A stretch of DNA of 64,000 bases from an uncultured Helicobacteraceae bacterium (lineage in GTDB: Bacteria; Campylobacterota; Campylobacteria; Campylobacterales; Helicobacteraceae). Below, piece after piece: positions 55,205 through 64,000 of this stretch. Below the pieces are notes generated by a model that was given only the letters and a program-made list of their open reading frames with translations, was not told where the DNA came from and did no database searches. The stretch's first letter is position 1. Each line of letters opens with the position of its first letter. The stretch lies in the NCBI GenBank assembly GCA_910578285.1, contig CAJTQL010000002.1, positions 30,951 to 94,950 on the forward strand. Direction: 5' to 3'. The translations under genes and the position numbers were made by a program.

Positions 55205-55247
55205 ATCGTTAATTGCTTCAGATTCTAAGCAATCCTTGCAATGACGA
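55205..55247 (-). repeat. REP/MITE-like element copy (inverted partner of 55148-55189)
   Basis: - strand: CGTCATTGCAAGGATTGCTTAGAATCTGAAGCAATTAACGAT. Confidence 0.7.
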
Positions 55248-55292
55248 TTGGAATGTTCAATATTTCTCAATCGTCATTATATAAGACACAGC

Positions 55293-56039
55293 TCATGGAG
55301 CCATCATGCTGCTTGCATTATCCTGCGTGCGGGGGGGGGGGGCAGAATGCGTTGTTTTGTTGTCATAGAGCATGACGGCGATGTTGGGCTCGCGCGGCAT
55401 GCGTTCAATGCAATAGACGACTTCAAGCGGCAGCTCAAAGGGCGGCTTGCGCAAGTCAAGCGCACGATATTGCGTGGGCAGAATGTCGGCATTGACATGT
55501 TCGCTAATATCATTTGCAATCAGTGCATAAGTAAACTTAGGGAGAATCGCGATGAAGTCGTGGATTTTTGCATTAGGCAGGTGTTGCAAGACATCTTTGC
55601 AGATGAGTAAATCGGCGGGTTGAATCTGCGCAAAATCACCATTGTAATGCACAAAATTGATGTTTTCTTTTGCATAACGTGCGTTGTTTGCGTTGATAAC
55701 AAAAGACGCGACATCATAGCCTGTATAAGACGCATGTCCCCAATCGATATTCTTTGAAAACTGCCAATCGCCACAGCCGACATCAGCGATTGTGTGAATC
55801 TCGTGTTTGCGCAAAAAGTCTTGCAAAAACATCATATAGCCGCGCAAAAGCCCCTCTTTGCTGCCGCTACCGCTGCCATTGCCCCACATGTTCGTTTCAT
55901 AGACGGTGTCAAAGAGCATGTTCAGATTCTGCGCATTTTGCTTCAAAAGCATGGTTTTGATGAAATCCAGCTTGCTATTTGTTTGCTGCAAGAACATCAC
56001 GAGTTGTTGAAAGAATCGCTCATCAAGTTGCACGGGCAT
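55293..56039 (-). CDS. Class I SAM-dependent methyltransferase
   Basis: Motif I IADVGCGDWQF. Start set at MPVQLDERFF (ATG 56039), overlapping the pseC stop by 17 nt. Confidence 0.75.
   Translation of the reverse strand: MPVQLDERFFQQLVMFLQQTNSKLDFIKTMLLKQNAQNLNMLFDTVYETNMWGNGSGSGSKEGLLRGYMMFLQDFLRKHEIHTIADVGCGDWQFSKNIDWGHASYTGYDVASFVINANNARYAKENINFVHYNGDFAQIQPADLLICKDVLQHLPNAKIHDFIAILPKFTYALIANDISEHVNADILPTQYRALDLRKPPFELPLEVVYCIERMPREPNIAVMLYDNKTTHSAPPPRTQDNASSMMAP
55331..55342 (+). repeat. Homopolymeric G12 tract (C12 on the coding strand) in the 3' end of the methyltransferase gene
   Basis: GTGC-G12-CAGAAT. It encodes ...SAPPPR... 13 codons before the stop. Confidence 0.95.
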
Positions 56040-57144
56040 CGGCGCCTCTTTCCGCACAAAGTGCGTTGAAGGTTTTGGCAATCTCGACTGCTTGATCTTC
56101 TGTCATCTCTTGGTGGCAGGGCAAGGAGAGCTCGGCGAGATAGAAATCATACGCCACAGGAGTTGCAGACGAATCCGCGCCATAGAGCGCATAGGAATTG
56201 ATAGGCTTGTAATGCACTTGCACGCCAATGCCCTTTTCGTGGAGCTGCATAAACAGCGATTCTTTGCTACACCAAAGCGCGCGCGAGAGGAAGATGGGAT
56301 AGAGATGGTGGGTGCTATACAGGCGCGATTCACGTTTGAGTGTGGTGCAATAGGGTGAATTGGCAAAGAGTGAATCATAGAGCTGCACAATCACTTCGCG
56401 CTTTGCGATGAAGCTATCAAGCCGCTTGTATTGTGAGATTCCAAGTGCTGCGCCAAGTTCGTTTAGCCGAAAGTTGAAGCCCAAAAATTCCACTTCGCTA
56501 TTCCATAGCGCCCTTTTTTGCACGCCATGCGAATGTAGTAGCTGCGCCTTTTGGTGTGCTTTTGCGTCTTTGAACACAACCGCGCCGCCCTCTGCTGTGG
56601 TGATGGGCTTAATCGCATGGAAGCTGAAGATGGTCGCATCAGCAAAGCTGCCCACAGGAGAATCGCCCACGCGCGCACCGAATGCATGCGAGCTGTCAGA
56701 AATCCAGAGCAAGCCATGCTTTTTAGCGATGTGCGCAATGGAATCGACTGCAACGGATTGCCCGGCATAATCCACGCTCACAATCGCCTTTGTGCGAGGG
56801 GTGATGAGCGCTTCAATTTTTGATTCATCGATATTGCCATTTTGCTTAATATCGCAAAAAATAGGCTTTGCACCGAGTGCAAGGAGCATATTGGTCGTGG
56901 CGACAAAGCTAATGGGCGTGGTGATGACTTCGTCATCGCAGCCGATTCCAAGTGCAGCGTAGGCACAATACAATGCCGAAGTAGCAGAGTTGAGCGCGAG
57001 CGCATAAGGAGCACCGGCGCGCGCAGCAACGAGGCTTTCAAATTCGCTAACGCGCTGCCCTTGTGTGAGATGCGAGCTAAACAGCGCCTCTTTGAGCGAT
57101 TCTAAATCATCGCTATTCACCGATTGCTTGCTGTATGGAATCAT
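56023..57144 (-). CDS. pseC: UDP-4-amino-4,6-dideoxy-N-acetyl-beta-L-altrosamine transaminase (DegT/DnrJ family)
   Basis: MIPYSKQSVNSDDL...LTQG, FNSATSAL-type block, SFHAIKPITTAEGGAV (PLP Lys), HNFRLNE-type block, and YHLYPI. Closely colinear with H. pylori PseC as I recall it. Confidence 0.88.
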   Translation of the reverse strand: MIPYSKQSVNSDDLESLKEALFSSHLTQGQRVSEFESLVAARAGAPYALALNSATSALYCAYAALGIGCDDEVITTPISFVATTNMLLALGAKPIFCDIKQNGNIDESKIEALITPRTKAIVSVDYAGQSVAVDSIAHIAKKHGLLWISDSSHAFGARVGDSPVGSFADATIFSFHAIKPITTAEGGAVVFKDAKAHQKAQLLHSHGVQKRALWNSEVEFLGFNFRLNELGAALGISQYKRLDSFIAKREVIVQLYDSLFANSPYCTTLKRESRLYSTHHLYPIFLSRALWCSKESLFMQLHEKGIGVQVHYKPINSYALYGADSSATPVAYDFYLAELSLPCHQEMTEDQAVEIAKTFNALCAERGADARAT

Positions 57145-57906
57145 CTAGGCTAGGAGCGTATCGATTTTGCCACGCAAATATTGCGTGTTGTAGACATTCG
57201 CATACAATGCAGCATTTTCTTTCAATTTTGCATGATTAAGTTCGTTATAATTCTCGGCAACATCGTTATTTTGTTGGTTGCTTTCTGCTGCTGTGAGATT
57301 CACGATTGCAACAAGATTGGAATTGATACCATGTTGGATTCCATTCATCACCGAACCGATATTGGCACGTTCCATATTGACATTTGTCATGAAGTCAAGG
57401 ATTGTTTGTTGGTTATTCACATCAACAAGCGAGGTATTGGGTGCATTGATATTGAGCGTAACACTCGTTTCATTGCCTGTAACAAAGGTCATCTCTGACG
57501 CGAAGACATTTTTGCCATTGAATGAAGCCTGCATGACAGAATCGCGCATGCTCGCTTTGAGCGCGTTAGTTTCGCTCTGAATCATCGCACGTTGCTCGGT
57601 TGTGAGCGTATCGTTGCCGAGCTTGACAGAAAGCACATTGATTCTATCCGCCGTAGCTGTCATATTGCCTAGCGTAGAATCCGCAATTTGCAACATTCCA
57701 ATTGCATCGTTTGCATTGCGCACACCTTGTGTGAGCCCAGAGATTTGAGACAAAAGCGAATCTGCAATCATGAGGTTTGCACCATCTGTTCCTTGCAATG
57801 CACGCATTGCCGCGATGTTTTCAAGCGCACTTTTCTCTTCGTTTTTTGCTTTGTTTGCGTTGTTGTTCGCTGTTGCGTTGATAGTCTGACTTTCACCGAT
57901 TTTCAT
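57145..57906 (-). CDS. Short flagellin-family protein (FlaC-like, lacking the central variable domain)
   Basis: 253 aa. It has a flagellin N-terminal helix (NANDAIGMLQIADSTL) and a C-terminal helix (…AESNQQNNDVAENYNELNHAKLKENAALYANVYNTQYL). Confidence 0.75.
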   Translation of the reverse strand: MKIGESQTINATANNNANKAKNEEKSALENIAAMRALQGTDGANLMIADSLLSQISGLTQGVRNANDAIGMLQIADSTLGNMTATADRINVLSVKLGNDTLTTEQRAMIQSETNALKASMRDSVMQASFNGKNVFASEMTFVTGNETSVTLNINAPNTSLVDVNNQQTILDFMTNVNMERANIGSVMNGIQHGINSNLVAIVNLTAAESNQQNNDVAENYNELNHAKLKENAALYANVYNTQYLRGKIDTLLA

Positions 57907-57963
57907 TGTTGACTCCTTGTCGTGTTTGATGAAGAACTATGATGAATCCTTCTGCTTTTACCC

Positions 57964-57980
57964 AAGCAATTATTGTTCCA
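57964..57980 (-). promoter_or_regulatory. Sigma-54 (RpoN) -24/-12 promoter upstream of the short flagellin gene
   Basis: - strand TGGAACAATAATTGCTT has GG and GC at the canonical spacing of TGGCAC-N5-TTGCW. It lies about 58 nt upstream of the ATG at 57906 and overlaps the accC stop. Confidence 0.6.
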
Positions 57981-59304
57981 AATACTTGGTATGAATGCGA
58001 TTTTCTCGAAAATCTTGATTTTGCATCATTTTTTGGTGGAAGGGAATCACTGTGCGCACTCCTTGTATGGTGAATTCATCGAGCGCACGGCTCATGCGCG
58101 CGATTGCCTTTTGCCGCGAATCGCCCCACACAATCAGCTTGCCAATCATTGAATCATAATGGATTGGAATGGTATAGCCCTCATAAGCATGGCTATCAAC
58201 ACGCACAAATGCACCGCCCGGAGCGATGAAACGCACAATCTTGCCGGGGCTTGGAAAGAATCGTTCAGGATCTTCAGCTGTGATGCGGCATTCAATTGCA
58301 TGCCCGCTAAAGTGGACTGATTCTTGCTTGAACAATTCTTCACCTTGTGCGATACGAATCATCCACTCGACAATGTCGATTCCGCTGACCATTTCGCTTA
58401 CGGGGTGTTCGACTTGCAAACGTGTGTTCATTTCCATAAAATAGAAATTCTGTGCCGAATCAAGCAAAAATTCGAATGTCCCTGCACCGACATAATGGAT
58501 TGCACGTGCGACTTCGACAGCTTTGGCGAGCAGCTTTTCACGTGTTTCGGGCAAAAGCGCGATTGCTGGGGATTCTTCAATCAATTTTTGGTGGCGGCGC
58601 TGCATTGAGCAGTCGCGCTCGCCGATGTGTATGACATTGCCATGTTTGTCGGCGAGAATCTGTACTTCGATATGTTTGGGATTGTCGATGAACTTTTCCA
58701 TATAGATAGTACCATCGCCAAATGCACTAATCGCTTCACTTTCAGCAGCGAGGTAGGCATTGATGATATTTTCTTCGTTTTGTACAATGCGCATACCGCG
58801 TCCGCCGCCGCCGCTTGCCGCCTTGAGAATCACAGGATAGCCGATTTTTGCTGCTTCTTCTTTGGCATGCTCATGCCCTTTGAGCGCACCTTCGCTGCCC
58901 GGAATCACGGGCATACCGATTTGTTTCATGACTTCTTTTGCCTTGCTTTTATCGCTCATGAGTGCCATGACTTCAGCATTTGGACCAATGAACTCGATTC
59001 CATGCGCTTGACAGATTTCGACAAAGGCTTGATTTTCGCTCAAGAATCCATAGCCGGGGAAAATGGCATCAGCGCCAAAAAGCTCGGCAGCAGAGATGAT
59101 TGCGGGCATGTTGAGATAGCTTTCATTCGACTTGTCGCCACCCACGCAGACTTTTGCGTCAGCTAAGTCGAGATAATGCGCTTCTTTGTCGGCTGTGGAA
59201 TAGACAGCAATTGAATATTTGCCCATTTCACGAATCGTGCGAATCGCTCGCAGGGCAATCTCGCCACGATTGGCAATCAGAATTTTTTGCAGATTTTTTT
59301 GCAT
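57970..59304 (-). CDS. accC: Acetyl-CoA carboxylase, biotin carboxylase subunit
   Basis: 444 aa. ILIANRGEIALRAIR N-terminus and an ATP-grasp core. Confidence 0.95.
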   Translation of the reverse strand: MQKNLQKILIANRGEIALRAIRTIREMGKYSIAVYSTADKEAHYLDLADAKVCVGGDKSNESYLNMPAIISAAELFGADAIFPGYGFLSENQAFVEICQAHGIEFIGPNAEVMALMSDKSKAKEVMKQIGMPVIPGSEGALKGHEHAKEEAAKIGYPVILKAASGGGGRGMRIVQNEENIINAYLAAESEAISAFGDGTIYMEKFIDNPKHIEVQILADKHGNVIHIGERDCSMQRRHQKLIEESPAIALLPETREKLLAKAVEVARAIHYVGAGTFEFLLDSAQNFYFMEMNTRLQVEHPVSEMVSGIDIVEWMIRIAQGEELFKQESVHFSGHAIECRITAEDPERFFPSPGKIVRFIAPGGAFVRVDSHAYEGYTIPIHYDSMIGKLIVWGDSRQKAIARMSRALDEFTIQGVRTVIPFHQKMMQNQDFRENRIHTKYLEQ

Positions 59305-59744
59305 TAGAGGCGCTCCACAATGAATAAGACTTCGCCATATTCGACTGGTTGCGCATCAGCTGGCACAATCTCGAGAATCTTGCAATCATATTCGGCTTCG
59401 ATTTCGTTCATGATTTTCATCGCCTCGATGATGGCAAGCGTTTGTCCTTTTTTGACTTTGTCGCCAACCTGCACATACGCAGTGCTCCCAGGCGAGGGCG
59501 AGCGGTAGAATGTCCCGACCATAGGCGATGTCAAGGTGTCGCCTTCTTTTTTGGGCAATGGTGTGATGTCGTCATCGTTGTCTTTTTGTACCAAAGGTGC
59601 TTGTACCATGATTGTTTGTGGTTCGACTTTTGTTGCATGCCCTTTTTCGAGTTTTAAGACAAAATCGCCCCGTTGGATATGCAGCTTTGTTGATTGTGTC
59701 GAATCGAACAAAAGAACCAATTCTTTGATTTCCTCAAGCTTCAT
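59304..59744 (-). CDS. accB: Biotin carboxyl carrier protein
   Basis: C-terminal [13 protein letters not shown] biotinylation motif. Confidence 0.93.
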   Translation of the reverse strand: MKLEEIKELVLLFDSTQSTKLHIQRGDFVLKLEKGHATKVEPQTIMVQAPLVQKDNDDDITPLPKKEGDTLTSPMVGTFYRSPSPGSTAYVQVGDKVKKGQTLAIIEAMKIMNEIEAEYDCKILEIVPADAQPVEYGEVLFIVERL

Positions 59745-59803
59745 TGTTGTCCTTAAAAATTTTGCGTTATAATACCATAAATCTCTTGACTTTAGGAAAC
59801 GTA

Positions 59804-60364
59804 ATGGGGCTCAAAGAGGATAAATGGATTTTGCAAAAAGCATTGCATGAGCAGATGATTGTGCCATTTTGTGAGAATCAGATGAGTAGGGGTGTGATTA
59901 GTTATGGATTGAGTAGCTATGGTTATGATATTCGCGTGAGTGATGAATTTAAGATTTTTACCAATATCAATACCACCGTTGTCGACCCCAAAGATTTTCA
60001 GCTCTCCAATACGATTGATTTTCGTGGTAATGTTTGCATTATTCCACCTAATTCTTTTGCGCTCGCACGCACAATCGAATATTTTAAAATCCCACGCAAT
60101 GTGCTTGCCATTTGTGTCGGGAAAAGCACCTATGCGCGTTGTGGGATTATTGTCAATGTTACACCTTTTGAGCCAGAGTTTGAGGGATATATCACAATTG
60201 AGATTAGCAATACAACGCCCTTGCCCGCCAAAATCTATGCGAATGAGGGCATTGCCCAAGTGTTGTTTTTCGAGGGTGATTGCGATTGCGAGGTGAGCTA
60301 TAAAGACAAAAATGGCAAATACCAAAAGCAGCAAGGAATCACGTTGCCTCGCATTGTGGAGTAG
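59804..60364 (+). CDS. dcd: dCTP deaminase
   Basis: 186 aa from MGLKEDKWI..., with the YGYDIRV and [23 protein letters not shown] blocks. Confidence 0.9.
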   Translation: MGLKEDKWILQKALHEQMIVPFCENQMSRGVISYGLSSYGYDIRVSDEFKIFTNINTTVVDPKDFQLSNTIDFRGNVCIIPPNSFALARTIEYFKIPRNVLAICVGKSTYARCGIIVNVTPFEPEFEGYITIEISNTTPLPAKIYANEGIAQVLFFEGDCDCEVSYKDKNGKYQKQQGITLPRIVE

Positions 60365-60368
60365 GAGT

Positions 60369-61697
60369 TTGGGCATAAAAGAAGCATTCATCTATCCCAA
60401 TGGTATCACGGGGCGCATGCTCGGAATCATGATGACTCATCTGTATAATATTCCAATTCACTATATCGATGATAGCTCGCCAGAATCCTCATTACAAGCG
60501 CATGCTAAGACATTACGCGAAAGGCAAATCACCGTTCTTGTGCCGCGAAGCCCCTATAACGAGCAAACGGCAGATGTGCTTTGTGCAAAACTGCAGGCTT
60601 TGCGCATTGCCTACAACGACAAGGCACTCGAAGAATGTGCGTTGCAGACTATTGCGGCAATCGATGCGCTCTTGTGCAAGCGACAAAAACCAACCATTGC
60701 GATTGAGATGACAGGTTTAGCAGACGATAAGCATATTGGTCTCATCGACTTGGATCTTTTGTCGCGCAATGCTGATGTGCAGATTCTCTATCTCTGTGCA
60801 TTGCCCGAAACGTTGGCAAAGGTGCGTGCACAGGTTGAGAATAGGCTAAACTGCCTTGTATTTGCTTTGCCATGTTTTTATTTTCATCGGCTCTCTTCGG
60901 TGCAAGCTCTCATCAAAACATCGATGGTCTATGCAACCAAAAATCCTGATGTGCCGACTTTTTATCTCGGGCATGCTTTAGTCAACTGGACGAACTATAG
61001 CCATGAAAAACTTGATTTATTATATCGGGATTTCCATGATTATGCATGTGTTGCGGGGGAGGATTTTTTGCCCAATTCTTATGAAGATTGCTATCTCCCC
61101 TCTGGCTATCTTGGGTTTGATAGAATTGCACCCGACGTTAGTAGTGAGACATTTGCACCCCGAAAAATTGTCCTTTTTGCCCCCTACAACATGGACGAAA
61201 TGTGGAAAATGTTTGGATTAATCAAAGCTGCATTATCGGAGAGAGAAGGGATTTATGACGTACGCTTGCGTGTGCGCTACCGCAACGTGAGTGAGCCATC
61301 GAGCCATTGGGATAGTGAGGGTATGGCGCAGATTCTTGCGCAACTTTCTCACTATCCCAATTTTTCCATAGACGAAAATGAGCATATTGTGCCGCAATCT
61401 TATAACGAGACATTCTGTTGTGTTTGTGGTGCAACCACAATGTGCTATACCTATCCTCTGCTTGCCTTGCGCCCATCGATTGTGCTTGCTGATGGCGCGC
61501 ATGTGTTGCCGAGTGTGTTTGGAATTGTGCTCGAGACGAGTGCGGAAGCACAATTCATGGAGATTTTAAATGACGTCTATACCAAACAAGAAACATGGCA
61601 TAGCACTCTCTTGCAATATAGAAAGCAGAAAATCTATCATTTTGGTCGCGCTAGCGCATGGCTTGCAGATTTTGTTCTCAAAAAACTAGGGTTGTAG
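60369..61697 (+). CDS. Hypothetical protein (possibly a GT-B/glycerophosphotransferase-like enzyme)
   Basis: Long ORF with no confidently recognised motifs. Start uncertain (TTG 60369 or ATG 60417; the ORF-track start at 60312 lies inside dcd). Confidence 0.5.
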   Translation: MGIKEAFIYPNGITGRMLGIMMTHLYNIPIHYIDDSSPESSLQAHAKTLRERQITVLVPRSPYNEQTADVLCAKLQALRIAYNDKALEECALQTIAAIDALLCKRQKPTIAIEMTGLADDKHIGLIDLDLLSRNADVQILYLCALPETLAKVRAQVENRLNCLVFALPCFYFHRLSSVQALIKTSMVYATKNPDVPTFYLGHALVNWTNYSHEKLDLLYRDFHDYACVAGEDFLPNSYEDCYLPSGYLGFDRIAPDVSSETFAPRKIVLFAPYNMDEMWKMFGLIKAALSEREGIYDVRLRVRYRNVSEPSSHWDSEGMAQILAQLSHYPNFSIDENEHIVPQSYNETFCCVCGATTMCYTYPLLALRPSIVLADGAHVLPSVFGIVLETSAEAQFMEILNDVYTKQETWHSTLLQYRKQKIYHFGRASAWLADFVLKKLGL

Positions 61698-62264
61698 AAT
61701 GCTCGCCTTCAGAATGCGCGGAGTTTCTTGCGGGCGGTTGTTGGAATCTGTTGGAATCGATTCAAGGACATTGAGCACATCAAAGCCATTCTTCACCTCA
61801 CCAAAGATTGTGTGCTTGCCATCAAGCCATGGGGCTTTTGCAGTGGTGATGAAAAATTGCGAACCATTGGTGTTTGCGCCCGCATTTGCCATTGCCAAAA
61901 TACCGCTGCGGTCGAAGGTATAGCCCAAAGCGATTTCATCTTCAAAGGTTTTGTTCCAGATCGATGTCCCTCCACGTCCTGTGCCTGTCGGGTCGCCACC
62001 TTGAATCATAAACCCCTTGATGATTCTATGGAAGCTAATGCCATTATAATAGCCTGTGTCAACGAGCCGCAAGAAGTTCTCAACGGCTTTGGGCGCGACT
62101 TTTGGAAAAAGCTCGAGCGTGATGTCGCCTGCTGTGGTTTGTAGCAATACTTGAGGATTGTTGCCGCTATCAAGAATCGCCGTGATGGTTTTTGCGTCTG
62201 CAAAAGTGGCGCAACAAAGCAATGTGGCAAGAATTTTAATCAAACAACGAATGAACGCTTTCAT
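61686..62264 (-). CDS. Periplasmic cyclophilin-type peptidyl-prolyl isomerase
   Basis: Signal peptide plus [19 protein letters not shown] and GSQFFIT motifs. Confidence 0.92.
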   Translation of the reverse strand: MKAFIRCLIKILATLLCCATFADAKTITAILDSGNNPQVLLQTTAGDITLELFPKVAPKAVENFLRLVDTGYYNGISFHRIIKGFMIQGGDPTGTGRGGTSIWNKTFEDEIALGYTFDRSGILAMANAGANTNGSQFFITTAKAPWLDGKHTIFGEVKNGFDVLNVLESIPTDSNNRPQETPRILKASILQP

Positions 62265-63165
62265 TACGATAAATCCTTCGAATCACTTCAGCAAATAGCG
62301 ATGCAACGCTTAGAATTATGATTTTTTTGTGGGGATTGTGAATGGGGATTGTGTCGGTTACAACGACATTATCAATCGCGGGATTTTCAATCCGTTCTCT
62401 TGCTGTGCCGCTAAAGACAGCATGCGTGCCAAATGCGAGCACGGCGCATGCGCCCTGCGCCTTGAGCGCTTCAGCGGCTTTGAGCATCGTGCCTGCTGTA
62501 TCAATCATATCATCAAGCAGAATCACGCTTTTACCTTGCACATCGCCGATGATGTTCATCACCTCGCTCTCATTTGCCTTTTGGCGGCGCTTGTCGATAA
62601 TCGCTAAATCAAGATTGAGTAGCTTCGCAAAATAGCGCGCGCGTGCAACACCCCCGATGTCAGGGCTCGCAACAATGGGATTGACAAGATTGAGCTTTTC
62701 AACATATTCTTTGAACACAATCGAGCCATAGAGATTATCAACAGGAATATCAAAAAAGCCTTGAATTTGCCCTGCGTGGAGGTCCATTGTTACGACACGA
62801 TTCACGCCTGCGCTTTGGAGCAGGTCGGCAACAAGCTTTGCGCTAATCGGTACACGCGGAGCGGCTTTGCGGTCTTGGCGCGCATAGCCAAAATAAGGAA
62901 TCACCGCTGTAATCGAAGCAGCCGAGCTACGTTTCATCGCATCGGCGATAATCAAAAGTTCCATAAGGCTATCGTTTGCTGGAGCACATGTGGGCTGAAT
63001 CACAAAGACATCATATCCACGTACACTTTCAGAGATTCGCACGTTGATTTCGCCATCACTAAAACGCGCAATCTCTGCGGACGAAAGCAAAACCTCAAGG
63101 TTTTTTGCGACATCAGCAGCAAAGCGCGGGTGCGCCGTTCCGCTGAATATTTTGTAGCTTTTCAT
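62236..63165 (-). CDS. prs: Ribose-phosphate pyrophosphokinase
   Basis: [21 protein letters not shown] and [11 protein letters not shown]. Start set at MKSYKIFSG. Confidence 0.93.
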   Translation of the reverse strand: MKSYKIFSGTAHPRFAADVAKNLEVLLSSAEIARFSDGEINVRISESVRGYDVFVIQPTCAPANDSLMELLIIADAMKRSSAASITAVIPYFGYARQDRKAAPRVPISAKLVADLLQSAGVNRVVTMDLHAGQIQGFFDIPVDNLYGSIVFKEYVEKLNLVNPIVASPDIGGVARARYFAKLLNLDLAIIDKRRQKANESEVMNIIGDVQGKSVILLDDMIDTAGTMLKAAEALKAQGACAVLAFGTHAVFSGTARERIENPAIDNVVVTDTIPIHNPHKKIIILSVASLFAEVIRRIYRNESVHSLFD

Positions 63166-63395
63166 GCAACATTGCTCCTGCTTATAAAATCTGCAATCAT
63201 GCAATCGCAATGCGCGCTTGTGCATAAGCTATCCATGAATGCTATTAGGGACAAAGCAAAAAAGCTTTTGCTGTCCGCTTCACAACGACACAGGGGCATG
63301 CGCTGTGTCGCAACTTTAAGGATTGCGGGCAATTCCGCAAACGACAGCAAAAGCTCGCTTTTGTAAGAGCAAAACGATATTTTGCTGATTCTCTG

Positions 63396-63590
63396 CTATT
63401 TGGCTTTTTCTTTTGGAATAGGGCGTACCTCTAAATCCATCGAAAGCACATAAGAAAGGTAATTTGGGTCATTTTCGTCAACATAGACAACCTTTCGTTT
63501 TTTGTTGATTTTATCGAGATGTTCTCGATACCCCTTGATAGTCTTTGGTGGTTCTATTCTACTATTTCTGTTTCCACTACTTCGAATCAT
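63396..63590 (-). CDS. Hypothetical 64-aa basic protein
   Basis: ORF only, lying between mnmA and prs. Confidence 0.3.
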   Translation of the reverse strand: MIRSSGNRNSRIEPPKTIKGYREHLDKINKKRKVVYVDENDPNYLSYVLSMDLEVRPIPKEKAK

Positions 63591-63605
63591 AAACTCCTCC
63601 TTGAC

Positions 63606-64000
63606 TTAAGATGAGGCAATCTCTGAATGCACGATAAACCCGCCGCCAAGAACCAAGTCGCCGTCATATAGCACTAGCGCTTGTCCATTCGCAACGCCAT
63701 AGGCATGCTCTTTGAGATTGGCAATCAGCTGCCCTTGTGCATCGAGATGTACTTTTGCAGGTACTTTGGGGCTGCGGTAGCGAATCTTGACCATGCATTC
63801 ACGTGGCTCGAAATCATGTGGCAATGCAAGTGGATGAGCAAGCACACGATTTTTAGCGAGCTCTTCTTTTGTGCCCACAACAATTTGATTTTCTTTAGGG
63901 TGAATGGCGAGCACATAATGGGGCGTGTGTGCGCCATTGACAAAAAAGCCTTTGCGTTTGCCAATGGTGTATTGCATATAACCCTTGTGTTTGCCGATTT
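63606..64000 (-). CDS. mnmA: tRNA 2-thiouridine(34) synthase MnmA, C-terminal part (5' end outside the window)
   Basis: [10 protein letters not shown]...IRYRS...[16 protein letters not shown]-type C-terminal barrel. The frame stays open to the window edge. Confidence 0.85.
   Translation of the reverse strand, partial: IGKHKGYMQYTIGKRKGFFVNGAHTPHYVLAIHPKENQIVVGTKEELAKNRVLAHPLALPHDFEPRECMVKIRYRSPKVPAKVHLDAQGQLIANLKEHAYGVANGQALVLYDGDLVLGGGFIVHSEIASS

Noticed and set aside
55293-56039. Idea that the C12 tract switches the methyltransferase ON/OFF.
   Set aside because: Hand translation of the C11, C12 and C13 alleles shows that only the last 8-17 residues change. The catalytic domain is unaffected, so classical ON/OFF truncation is not supported.
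1-64000. Search by eye for CRISPR arrays, rRNA or tRNA genes, IS elements, transposases, integrases and prophage genes.
   Set aside because: I found no regularly spaced direct repeats, no cloverleaf-like or rRNA-like stretches in the intergenic regions, and no ORF with DDE, tyrosine or serine recombinase motifs. A computational scan (tRNAscan-SE, Infernal, ISfinder) would be needed to be certain.

Overview
This 64-kb window reads as a chromosomal segment of a Campylobacterota genome, most like a non-pylori (enterohepatic-type) Helicobacter. All family assignments below are from reading the translated ORFs and motif recall; no database search was run. Supporting gene content: tig-clpP-def-comM, petABC, a Csd4/Pgp1-type carboxypeptidase, pseC plus a short flagellin, a Sel1-repeat cysteine-rich (Hcp-like) protein, and a complete cftr1-p19 iron-uptake cluster syntenic with C. 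jejuni cj1658-cj1665. Other housekeeping genes are icd, fliI, nadB, uvrC, coaE, dapF, manC, two glycosyltransferases, ansA, accBC, dcd, a cyclophilin, prs and mnmA.

Four AT-rich or decayed accessory patches interrupt this core:
1. 1.1-6.5 kb: an MFS/Rrf2 pair, then decayed small-molecule-protection genes (GyrI-like, DUF6194, TfoX-N, ClbS-like), then a compact ATPase + TOPRIM-like two-gene cassette that looks like a defence module.
2. 15.6-23.6 kb: a restriction/defence island wedged between comM and nadB. It holds a T8-frameshifted winged-helix nuclease, a paralogous nuclease with small partner ORFs, an orphan methylase fragment, a YaaW-flavodoxin fusion behind a G11 promoter tract, and an intact M1-M2-R type IIS (AlwI/BstNBI-family) operon.
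3. 28.3-31.4 kb: tandem paralogous coiled-coil proteins, one of them frameshift-split, co-oriented with the Hcp-like gene.
4. 51.5-55.3 kb: a repeat-dense variable region in which about 200-bp inverted repeats bracket a 2.8-kb cassette of small secreted or lipoproteins. It is peppered with REP/MITE-like 'CGTCATTGCGAG...GCAATCAACGA' elements.

Three G11-G12 tracts and one T8 tract are candidate phase-variation sites. I saw no rRNA, tRNA, CRISPR array, transposase or integrase.
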